A DNA stretch of 64,000 nucleotides from Candidatus Methylomirabilis sp. (lineage in GTDB: Bacteria; Methylomirabilota; Methylomirabilia; Methylomirabilales; Methylomirabilaceae). The stretch's first letter is position 1, and every line of letters starts with the position of its first letter. The notes under the pieces are model-generated. The model saw only the letters and a list, made by a program, of their open reading frames with translations, made no database searches and had not been told where the DNA came from. Positions 28,592 through 36,991 of the stretch are shown here, one piece after another. The stretch is from contig JBGQJI010000001.1 of assembly GCA_041498975.1 (NCBI GenBank), positions 22,036-86,035 of the forward strand, in the 5' to 3' direction. The position numbers and the translations under genes are program-made.

Positions 28592-30313
28592 TCATCGGGC
28601 ATTGTGTTCCCTCCTCCTGGCCAGTTCCTCCTCGCGCAGGGCACGCCGGAGCACCTTGCCAACGAGTGTCTTCGGAAGCTCCTTCCGGAACTCCACCTGG
28701 GTGGGCACCTTGTACTTGGCCATTCTCTCCTTGCAGAAGTCGATGATCTCCTGTTCGGCGGCCGACTGCCCCTCTTTCAGGACGACATACGCCTTCACCG
28801 TCTCTCCCATGTAAGGATCAGGCAGGCCAACCGCCACCACCTCCCGGACCTTCGGGTGCTCATAGAGGGGTTCTTCAACTTCACGGGGATAGACGTTGAA
28901 GCCACCCACGATGATCATTTCCTTCTTCCTGTCCACAATGCTGAAGTACCCCTGTTCGTCCATGTAGCCGATGTCGCCGGTGTATAACCATCCGTCCTTC
29001 AGCACTATTGCGGTCTCGTCCGACCGATTCCAGTACCCCGACATCACTTGGGGGCCCTTGACCACCACCTCGCCGATTTCCCCTGGCGGAAGCGTCCGCT
29101 GGCCAGTCTCCAGGTCGACGATCCGCGCATCGGTGTCGGGCAGCGGAAGGCCGATCTTCCCGATCTTCCTGGCGCCATAGAGCGGGTTCGCGTGCGTGAC
29201 CGGAGAGGCTTCTGTCAGGCCGTACCCTTCCACCAGGCGGGCGCCTGTTAAGGCCTCGAATTTTGTCTGTACCTCCACCGGCAGCGGCGCAGCCCCGCTC
29301 AGGCAGGCCTTGATCGAGTGGAGGTCGTACTTCGCCGCCTTCGGGTAATTATTGATCGCCACATACATCGTCGGGACACCAGGAAAAAGGGTGGGACGGT
29401 ACTTGGCGATCGCCTTCAGGACCTGCTTCACCTTGAATTGCGGCAGGAGAACCATGGTCTGACCCAGCGAGATGCAGAGGTTCATCACCACGGTCATCCC
29501 GTACACATGGAAAAACGGGACCGCGCCCAGGAAGACCTCCGTCCCCCCTTGCTCTTTCACCAGCCATGCGCCGGTCTGGAGAGTGTTGGCCACCAGATTC
29601 CTGTGGGTCAGGACCGCCCCCTTGGCCACGCCTGTGGTCCCTCCGGTGTACTGGAGAAGGGCAGGGTCATCGGGGCGGACTTCGACGGTGGGAGGCTTCG
29701 CCGCTATGGAAGCCAGCATCTCCGAGAACAGCTCCGTCCCCGGGCTTCGCTCCACCCGAATCCGGTGCCCCTCCTTTTTCTCCTTGAGGACCGTGAAGAG
29801 CCCCCGCAGCAGTGGCGGGAAGTACTCCTTGATGTTGGTGATGATGATTCGCTTGAGCCCGGTCCTCGAGGCCACTTCTTTGGCGAGTGGATACAGCTTG
29901 GACAGCACGACGATGGTCTGTGAACCGGAGTCGTTCAATTGGTGCTCCAGCTCCTTCGCAGAATAGAGGGGGCTGGTGGAGACGACGACGCCGCCGGCGC
30001 GAAGCGTGCCGTAGTAGGCGATCACCATCTGGGGACAGTTCGGGAGGAAGAGCGACACCCGGTCACCTTTCGCGAGGCCACGCTCGGCAAGGGCCGCGGC
30101 AAAGCGGTCCACGACCCGATCCAGCTCACGGTAGGTGAGCCTGCCGCCGTAGAAGATGATCGCGTCACGATCCGGGCAGTTTTTAGCAGAAATCGAGAGG
30201 AAGTGCTGGAGTGTGACCTCGGGGTACTCGAGGGTTCTAGGAATCCACTGGTCGTAGTGGGCGAACCAGGGTCGGTCGAAGTCCTGATTCGTTGTCACAT
30301 ACGTGCTCTTCAT
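28592..30313 (-). CDS. fadD: Long-chain fatty acid--CoA ligase
   Basis: YTGGTTGVAKG, EGYGLTE, TGDIG, DRKKEMI, PKTLVGK. Confidence 0.93.
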   Translation of the reverse strand: MKSTYVTTNQDFDRPWFAHYDQWIPRTLEYPEVTLQHFLSISAKNCPDRDAIIFYGGRLTYRELDRVVDRFAAALAERGLAKGDRVSLFLPNCPQMVIAYYGTLRAGGVVVSTSPLYSAKELEHQLNDSGSQTIVVLSKLYPLAKEVASRTGLKRIIITNIKEYFPPLLRGLFTVLKEKKEGHRIRVERSPGTELFSEMLASIAAKPPTVEVRPDDPALLQYTGGTTGVAKGAVLTHRNLVANTLQTGAWLVKEQGGTEVFLGAVPFFHVYGMTVVMNLCISLGQTMVLLPQFKVKQVLKAIAKYRPTLFPGVPTMYVAINNYPKAAKYDLHSIKACLSGAAPLPVEVQTKFEALTGARLVEGYGLTEASPVTHANPLYGARKIGKIGLPLPDTDARIVDLETGQRTLPPGEIGEVVVKGPQVMSGYWNRSDETAIVLKDGWLYTGDIGYMDEQGYFSIVDRKKEMIIVGGFNVYPREVEEPLYEHPKVREVVAVGLPDPYMGETVKAYVVLKEGQSAAEQEIIDFCKERMAKYKVPTQVEFRKELPKTLVGKVLRRALREEELARRREHNAR

Positions 30314-30451
30314 TCCTCACTCACTGCCGCCACATCGTCCCTTTCTGACGACAGGGGTGGTGACTATGGCCCGTCTTTCTGCCCAGGGGGCCGGCGGCCA
30401 GGACACCGACTCTTCGCAATCGCCGTTCCGATAATCGGATTCTTCAATCGA

Positions 30452-30566
30452 CTCGTGCCGTTCAAGCCGGTTGGCCTCACGATACCACGATACGATGTTG
30501 TGTGGGCAAGTCAATCAACCTCTGCATGCCGGCACTATTTGTCCGAAACAGTTGGAACGGCACTAG
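30452..30566. mobile_element. MITE copy 3
   Basis: ctcgtgccgttcaa...agttggaacggcactag; interior homologous to copies 2 and 5. Confidence 0.72.
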
Positions 30567-30763
30567 CGGAGGACAGTTCGATCGCCCTTCAGGGCGAAGC
30601 AGCGGAAGCAGAGCATATCGTAAAGCCTCGCGGCTTGGCAATCAGAAAATCCAGGTCGAGGGGCCCATTCGACCCAGGTGCCGACAGGGTTCCAGATGCT
30701 GGGCCATGGAAGAAATCCGGGCGAACTGCTCAGACTTCGCCGGGACACTATCCGCCGGCAACA

Positions 30764-30877
30764 TCATCCGAAGAAGACTAGGAGCGCCCCGACCATCACA
30801 GCCACAATCGCCGCGATCAGTAGAATAAAGGGCCAATACGTCCGCCCAGGGTCGATCGGGGCCGGGCCAAAGGTCAT
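30764..30877 (-). CDS. Possible 37-aa single-TM protein
   Basis: MTFGPAPIDPGRTYWPFILLIAAIVAVMVGALLVFFG; clean hydrophobic helix, no strong SD. Confidence 0.35.
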   Translation of the reverse strand: MTFGPAPIDPGRTYWPFILLIAAIVAVMVGALLVFFG

Positions 30878-31010
30878 GGCAATCCATCCGCTTGCACGGC
30901 TGACACCCGTCTGAAGAGGGTGACTTTCTCGACGCTGGGCTGATCGTACCATCGATGGTCGGCAGCAAGACAGCGCAAACGACAATGGGCGGAAACGCTG
31001 TGGCATTGAC

Positions 31011-31613
31011 TCATGGATGGCCGAGAACCGTCTGGAGACCAAGCCGGACCATCATCACGCCGATCGCCGCCAGGAGGAGGTTCACGACCTTCGCGATAAC
31101 GTTGAGGGTTCCACTGCCCACCATCGCCATGATCCACTCGGAGGCCCAGAGAGTCGCCCAGACGATCCCGAGGTTGATCAGGAAAGCCGTTAGGGTGAGC
31201 CAGAAGCCGTGGCTATTCAAGAGGACAATCGAGGTGGTCAGGACTGCCGGTCCGACGATCAGTGGCATCGCTAGCGGAACCACGCCCAGCGCGTGGGATG
31301 GAAACCGTCGGGTCCGATCCTCGAAGAGGAGATCTGTGAGGGAAAGACAGAACAGCATGGCCCCACCGGCGATCTGGAAATCCGCCTCGGTGATGCCGAG
31401 GTAGCGGAAGATCGCGTTGCCAAGCAGCATGAAACCGGCCCCGATGAGGCCAGCCGCAAAGATCGCCTGCCGGAAGGTCCGGTCCCGCTCCTGCTCGGAC
31501 AGGCTCGCCGTCAAAGAGATAGAGATCGGAAGGATACCGAAGGCGTCGATCGCCACAAAAAGCGGGATGAAGGTGAGCAGAAAGGGCCGGATGAGGTTCA
31601 CGCAGTAGGCCAA
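31011..31613 (-). CDS. MarC family membrane protein
   Basis: FQIAGGAML, VPLAMPLIVGP, LLLAAIGV. Confidence 0.92.
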   Translation of the reverse strand: MAYCVNLIRPFLLTFIPLFVAIDAFGILPISISLTASLSEQERDRTFRQAIFAAGLIGAGFMLLGNAIFRYLGITEADFQIAGGAMLFCLSLTDLLFEDRTRRFPSHALGVVPLAMPLIVGPAVLTTSIVLLNSHGFWLTLTAFLINLGIVWATLWASEWIMAMVGSGTLNVIAKVVNLLLAAIGVMMVRLGLQTVLGHP

Positions 31614-31614
31614 A

Positions 31615-32340
31615 TTACCGGTTCTGGTCCAGGGCCATGCGCAGAAGGTCGGGACGGTCGGTGATGATCCCGTCCACCCCGAGCCCGATGAAATGGCGCA
31701 TCAGAGCAGGCTCGTTGACCACCCAGACAACGAGCTGGATGCCGGCGGCGCGACAGGCTTCCACCTCGGTCTTCGTGACGAGGGAGGCTTCCAGTGCTAT
31801 GGCATCTGCGCTGACGGGGCCGGCGATCGCCGAAACGGAGACAGGCCGTCCGACCAGGAGCGCGGCGGTCCGGAGAGTCGGCTCGATCTCCTTCACTCGT
31901 TGCAGCGCATAATGGTCGAAGGAGGCAACGACCGTTTGCCCGATTGCCGAGCGCCGTCGCAACGCCGAGACCACCTTCTCCTCGATGCCGGGAAAGAAGG
32001 CCGAGCCGGCTTTGACCTCTAGCGCAAGCGGAGCCCTTCCAGCGTACCGATCGAGCACCTCCTCGAGCACCGGGATTCGCTGGCCAGCAAAGCCCTCTCC
32101 GAACCAGCGGCCGGCGTCCAGCCGCTTGAGTTCCTCGAGGCTCCGCTCGTGGACTGGGCCATGGCCGTCGGTGGTGCGATCAAGCGTGTCATCGTGAATC
32201 ACGACCAGCTTCCCATCCCGACTCACGTGAAGGTCCAGTTCCAGGGCATCGGCTCCCAACTCGAGCGCCTTGTCAAAGGCGGCCATCGTGTTCTCCGGCG
32301 CGAGGGCCGACGCCCCCCGATGGGCGACGTTCAATGTCAT
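31615..32340 (-). CDS. Glycerophosphodiester phosphodiesterase
   Basis: AHRGAS, PENT, ELDLH, HDDTLDRTT, GVDGIITD. Confidence 0.94.
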   Translation of the reverse strand: MTLNVAHRGASALAPENTMAAFDKALELGADALELDLHVSRDGKLVVIHDDTLDRTTDGHGPVHERSLEELKRLDAGRWFGEGFAGQRIPVLEEVLDRYAGRAPLALEVKAGSAFFPGIEEKVVSALRRRSAIGQTVVASFDHYALQRVKEIEPTLRTAALLVGRPVSVSAIAGPVSADAIALEASLVTKTEVEACRAAGIQLVVWVVNEPALMRHFIGLGVDGIITDRPDLLRMALDQNR

Positions 32341-32721
32341 GGTGATCCTTTGGAGAATGATCCAGAGGCGGACAAAACGTTTCTCACACCTCTCGACGAT
32401 AGCTCTCAGACAATCAACATCCTAGTACACTCGTGTCAGGCGTGTAAAGCAAACAGTCAGAAGTTGAAAAAACACTTGACAGAAGAACCGAAGGCATGAT
32501 ACCTGTAGGCGAACTCTTAGCATATGAGACTGCAGCTTATAGCGTCATAGCTGGCTTCCAGAGTCCAAGGGGGGGCAAAGGGAGGTGAGAGGTCGGAAAC
32601 GTCTTGGCCGTATTTCAGCGCTGATAGAGCATAGGGTCTGAGCTATTTCTGATCTATTTCGCGAGGATTGACTCGACAGACGGGGTGAAGCCCCCCCTGA
32701 ATGGGGCGAGGAGGAGCAAAA

Positions 32722-33705
32722 ATGAGTTTTGGAACACACTTGCCGTTCCGTAAGAAGCTTCTGCTTTCCCTACTAGTAGTCCCCATTTTCCTTGTGGGGT
32801 GGGCTTTGGTTCCGATAAGCGAGGCAGGGTTCCAGTCCAACTTTTTCATGTCAAACAATGGGACTGGCTATTTTGCCTTCAGAGGTGACGGCGCAGTTGG
32901 CGAGCCGGCCCGCGTGAGCACGGTCGGCCTGGGCGCCAGCACCAGCGGTGTCAGCGGTTCAACGACATCGGTCCAGGGTAACCCACTCCAGGCAGATGTC
33001 TCAATCAGCCCGCTATTTAGTGGCGCCAGCGTAAAGCATACAGGGGTTATCGGCAGTTGCACCCTGCCGGGAACCTTTGACCCAGCCGCTAACTCAGGCA
33101 ACGGCAAATGGACTATCGCCGGTCTCGGTGGGGATGGCGCTATCGATGGTTTCACCGATCCTCTCCTCACCAACACCCTCAGCACAGGGGGAGGCGGTGT
33201 GCCCAGTGCGGTTGCTTCAGGGAATCGGTACGCGTTTTCTGCTGGTCCAACGACGTCTGTCGCCAAGGGTGCCGCCCTCCCCGCTGATGGTTTCAGTATG
33301 AGCATCGGAAATTGTTTGGTCCTCGTCCTCAATAGCTCGTCGCTTCTCCTGCCGGGGACGACCTTGAGTGGAGCCGGTGCAGTTGCTGGGTTCCTCGGCG
33401 GCAGCGACGCAGGATGTTCGGGCACCAACGGTAACTTCGCCTGCGCAACGGCAGCAAAGCAGGATAACGACTCAGTATTCTTAACAACCACGACCACATC
33501 GTCGACCTCGACGTCCACCTCGACCTCGACGTCCACCTCGAGCTCGACCACGACCTCGAGCACGACGACGACCACCTCGAGCACGACGACAACTTCAACA
33601 CCGAAGAAGATCCCAACCGCCGGGAACTGGGGTATGATCATCCTGGGGCTCGCCCTTATGGGGTCCATCGCCTGGATGCTGCAGGCCCGCAGATCTCTCC
33701 GGTAG
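32722..33705 (+). CDS. Secreted surface protein with Ser/Thr-rich linker and IPTL-CTERM sorting signal
   Basis: Signal peptide; Gly/Ser-rich body; poly-T/S linker; C-terminus IPTAGNWG + TM helix + basic tail (QARRSLR); GAGGAG SD before ATG 32722. Confidence 0.88.
   Translation: MSFGTHLPFRKKLLLSLLVVPIFLVGWALVPISEAGFQSNFFMSNNGTGYFAFRGDGAVGEPARVSTVGLGASTSGVSGSTTSVQGNPLQADVSISPLFSGASVKHTGVIGSCTLPGTFDPAANSGNGKWTIAGLGGDGAIDGFTDPLLTNTLSTGGGGVPSAVASGNRYAFSAGPTTSVAKGAALPADGFSMSIGNCLVLVLNSSSLLLPGTTLSGAGAVAGFLGGSDAGCSGTNGNFACATAAKQDNDSVFLTTTTTSSTSTSTSTSTSTSSSTTTSSTTTTTSSTTTTSTPKKIPTAGNWGMIILGLALMGSIAWMLQARRSLR
33484..33600 (+). repeat. Coding low-complexity Thr/Ser repeat
   Basis: Repeated acc/acg/tcg units encoding TTTTTSSTSTSTSTSTSTSSSTTTSSTTTTTSSTTTTST. 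Confidence 0.9.
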
Positions 33706-33738
33706 TCGGTAGTTTCGAAGTACTGAATTTTCTCGATC

Positions 33739-33772
33739 AAGAAAAAACGGGGCGCTTGCCCCGTTTTTTCTT
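33739..33772 (+). terminator. Rho-independent terminator (symmetric)
   Basis: aagaaaaaacggggc-gctt-gccccgttttttctt, perfect 15-bp inverted repeat. Confidence 0.85.
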
Positions 33773-33786
33773 TATGGAGGGCATCG

Positions 33787-35970
33787 ATCTTCTCGTCGAG
33801 CTCGAGCCCGCACGCAGTCCGAACTGACGGGGAAGAAGCCCCGCTAGCGAGTCGGAGGGCCAGGATCGAACTGGCCAGCTCACTGACTGCTCTCCTGCTC
33901 ACGTACGCTCTCCTCCTCTGGTACCTCAAGCCTTCCCTCCTCCTGAATCCCACCATTACAGCGGGCGGAGACACGCTCTCGCATTATGTAGCGGCGAGGT
34001 ATTTGCGGGATTATCTCCTCCCCAATGGGAAGATCGTCGGCTGGATGCCGGGTAATTTCGCAGGCTACCCAATCTTTCTCTTCTACTTCCCGCTCGCTTT
34101 CCTCCTGATCGCCAGCCTCAGCCTTGTCGTCCCGTTCCCTGTCGCCTTCAAGCTGGGAACGGTCGCCGGGACGCTTGGCCTGCCGATGGCCTCGCTCGCC
34201 GCGCTCCGCTGGATCGGTTGCCCATTCCCTATCCCTGCGCTGGGCGCAATCCTGACGCTTCCGTTCCTGTTCAACACAGGGAACAGTATGTGGGGCGGCA
34301 ATATTCCCAGCACGCTGGCCGGCGAGTTCGCACACAGCCTCTCCCTCGCATTACTGGTGCTGTTTGTGGGCGCGCTCTACCGGGGTCTCCACACTAAGAG
34401 GAATGTCGCACGGTGCGCGATCCTTTTCGCCCTTGTCGGATTGGCGCATGGGCAGGGGCTGGTGATCGCGGCGGCGCTCGGGCTGTACTTCCTGGCCGTT
34501 GAGTCGGACTTTCGAGCCGCGCTTGCGTATCTGATGCGTGTGTATGCGATCGGCGGCCTGCTCCTCGGTTTCTGGCTGGTGCCTCTCCTCGCCTACATCT
34601 CCTACACGACCGGGTTCATCATTAGCTGGGTATTTGCATCCATCTTTGAGATCTTCCCACTTGTGCTGTGGCCCACGGTGGCGATGGCGGCAGCCGCGGT
34701 CGCTTGGGCGTTGCGGCAGAGACAGGGCGAGAAGGAGTGGCTCGGATGGGTCCACTACCTGACCTTCCCCGTCGTCTTCTCGGCGCTCTTCTATTTCGTC
34801 GCCCCACGGCTCAACCTGGTGGACGTCAGATTTTTGGCCTTTGCGCAGTCCTTCCTCACGCTGCTGGCCGCGGTCGGACTTGGGCGCGTCCTCATGCGGC
34901 TACCCCAATCGTTGCGCGCCTGGGCGCCTCCAGTGGTCGCAATAATGGCGATCGCCTGGATCGTGCCCCAGCAATCGTTCATCCCAGACTGGATCCGCTG
35001 GAACTACGAGGGGATGGAGAACAAGCCCTGGTGGCGATACTATAGTGTCGTCACCTCGATTGGCCTTGCCGGTGGCCCCCAGAGCCCGCGAGTCGCGTAC
35101 GAACATTCTCCCCTGCACGACCAGGCAGGCACGATCAAGGCATTCGAGGCGCTGCCACTGTTCTCGGGGCGGCCCACTCTCGAAGGGGTATACCTGCAGG
35201 CCTCACCGAGCGCACCGTTCATCGCCTACATCCAATCCGAACTGACGGAGACCCCCTCCTGCCCCTTCTTGCCCTATCGCTGCACGACCTTTGACCCGAC
35301 GCGGGCCCTCGCCCACCTCGAGCTCTTCAACGTCAAGGAGGTGATCGCCGTCAGCGAAAAGGTCAAGGCCGACCTGGCATCAAACCCAGGTTACCGCGAG
35401 GAGGGCGAGGTCGGGCCATACAAGCTCTTCGAGGTGCGCCAGGGGAGCGGCCACTACGTCGTGCCCATTCCGAACAGGCCGGCTCTGGTAAAGGATGCCG
35501 ACTGGAAGCGCCTGGCCTACGACTGGTTTCAGAAGCCCGACTGGCTATCTGTCCCGCTCCTCTTTCTGCGGCGGGGCGAACCGACGCCCCCAGAAACGGT
35601 GCCGTTCCGTGGTCTCGACGAGGGGCCGGTGAAGCAGGCCTTTCCGTCGGAGTGCCAGGTAAGAGATGCGCTGGGAAATGAGGAGGTCCGATTCGAGACC
35701 GATTGTCCGGGGCGGCCGCATCTGATCAAGGTCTCTTACCACCCCAAGTGGTTCGTCGAGGGGGCCGATCGGGTGTACTTAGTCTCCCCGGCGTTCATGC
35801 TGGTCTATCCCAGGGCGCGGCAGGTCCGGCTCGTGTTTGGCAACCGCTGGCCCGACTACGTCGGACGCGCAGCCACGGCGCTCGGCCTCTTGTGGCTCGT
35901 GATTGAGGCATTTGTTCTTCCTGTCAGAAAGCGATACGGCCAGCCTCCGCCCGGCAAACCCGTCAAGTAA
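33787..35970 (+). CDS. GT-C-like membrane protein (PTPS-related/YfhO-like); start codon uncertain
   Basis: Frame open from 33727; first TM + GGDT motif lie upstream of the TTG at 34003 and align to paralog 36984; shared MWGGNIPSTLAGEFAHSL. Confidence 0.75.
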   Translation: MFSSSSSPHAVRTDGEEAPLASRRARIELASSLTALLLTYALLLWYLKPSLLLNPTITAGGDTLSHYVAARYLRDYLLPNGKIVGWMPGNFAGYPIFLFYFPLAFLLIASLSLVVPFPVAFKLGTVAGTLGLPMASLAALRWIGCPFPIPALGAILTLPFLFNTGNSMWGGNIPSTLAGEFAHSLSLALLVLFVGALYRGLHTKRNVARCAILFALVGLAHGQGLVIAAALGLYFLAVESDFRAALAYLMRVYAIGGLLLGFWLVPLLAYISYTTGFIISWVFASIFEIFPLVLWPTVAMAAAAVAWALRQRQGEKEWLGWVHYLTFPVVFSALFYFVAPRLNLVDVRFLAFAQSFLTLLAAVGLGRVLMRLPQSLRAWAPPVVAIMAIAWIVPQQSFIPDWIRWNYEGMENKPWWRYYSVVTSIGLAGGPQSPRVAYEHSPLHDQAGTIKAFEALPLFSGRPTLEGVYLQASPSAPFIAYIQSELTETPSCPFLPYRCTTFDPTRALAHLELFNVKEVIAVSEKVKADLASNPGYREEGEVGPYKLFEVRQGSGHYVVPIPNRPALVKDADWKRLAYDWFQKPDWLSVPLLFLRRGEPTPPETVPFRGLDEGPVKQAFPSECQVRDALGNEEVRFETDCPGRPHLIKVSYHPKWFVEGADRVYLVSPAFMLVYPRARQVRLVFGNRWPDYVGRAATALGLLWLVIEAFVLPVRKRYGQPPPGKPVK

Positions 35971-36028
35971 GTGGCTCGCGGCTCGTCCCCCTCTCATGGT
36001 AAGAGTCCAAGAGCACTCCATTTTTGCC

Positions 36029-36058
36029 TTGACGCACATGGCCTGCTCCGGCTAGCAT
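36029..36058 (+). promoter_or_regulatory. Putative sigma70 promoter
   Basis: TTGACG-18 bp-TAGCAT upstream of the GT2 operon. Confidence 0.4.
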
Positions 36059-36262
36059 CCGTGAATCGGAGAGTAAGGGCGTGTCGGTCCCTTTCGCGCC
36101 CCAGCTCGCTCCTTCGAGGGGGCTTGCAGAAAGGAATCGAGGCTCCTGGCTGATTCCCTCCTCTCAGGCGGAAGCGTTTCACGTTATCCGAGGTCCGTTC
36201 GCTGGGCAACCGTGGCTGGGCGCGCCGCAGGAAGGCGTGGTTGACTGCGGTCCCACGAGACC

Positions 36263-36991
36263 GTGTCGAAAGACCCGCTCACTGTCTCCCTTATCATCCC
36301 AACCTATTGCCAGCGCGCGCGCACTGGACGGGCCGCCGCCGCCGCGATGGAGTTTTTGCGATCGCGGTTCTTCGAGCAGGCAGAGCTGATCGTCGTGGAC
36401 GACGGGAGCCCGCCCGGCCAGGGTGTCGCGGCCGGCGACCTGCCCTCCGGGACGATGCTGATCCGTCACCAGCGGAACCTTGGCAAAGGGGGGGCGGTGC
36501 GGAGCGGAGTCCTCCGGGCTCGCGGCAGCTACATCGTTTTTACCGACTCCGACCTCCCCTTTTCGCTCGAACCGCTCGACACCACGCTCGACTGGCTTCG
36601 CGAGGACACCGATATCGTTATCGGCGAGCGACAACACCTTGAGCCGTCCCCTGACATCGAGGTCACGTGGGCGCGGCACCTATCGAGCGTCGTCTATACC
36701 TGGATGGTCCACAACCTACTCGGCCTCGACTATCCGGACATACAGTGCGGGTACAAAGGGTACCGCGCTGCCGTGGCGAAGGATCTTTTCGGACGCCTCG
36801 AGGTCACGAGCTTTGCGTTCGAGGCCGAGATCATGATCCGGGCGCAGAAGGCAGGGTATCGGATTCGCCGGCTGCCGGTGAGGCTGGTGCACAACGAGGA
36901 TTCGTCGGTTCGCCTGACCAGACACGCTCCACGGATGATCATCGACACCCTCCGCATCGCCTGGCGGGCGCGGCGCGGCGCCTATGACTGA
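36263..36991 (+). CDS. GT2 glycosyltransferase, dolichyl/polyprenyl-phosphate sugar synthase-like
   Basis: VVDDGS, NLGKGGAVR, FTDSDL, DIQCGYK, FAFEAE. Confidence 0.9.
   Translation: MSKDPLTVSLIIPTYCQRARTGRAAAAAMEFLRSRFFEQAELIVVDDGSPPGQGVAAGDLPSGTMLIRHQRNLGKGGAVRSGVLRARGSYIVFTDSDLPFSLEPLDTTLDWLREDTDIVIGERQHLEPSPDIEVTWARHLSSVVYTWMVHNLLGLDYPDIQCGYKGYRAAVAKDLFGRLEVTSFAFEAEIMIRAQKAGYRIRRLPVRLVHNEDSSVRLTRHAPRMIIDTLRIAWRARRGAYD

Noticed and set aside
32476..32505. TTGACA upstream of the IPTL-CTERM gene
   Set aside because: No convincing -10 at 16-18 bp spacing.
32868..33974. 368-aa minus-strand ORF with a Val/Glu/Asp-rich run
   Set aside because: Mirror of the Thr/Ser repeat of the IPTL-CTERM gene; also crosses the terminator.
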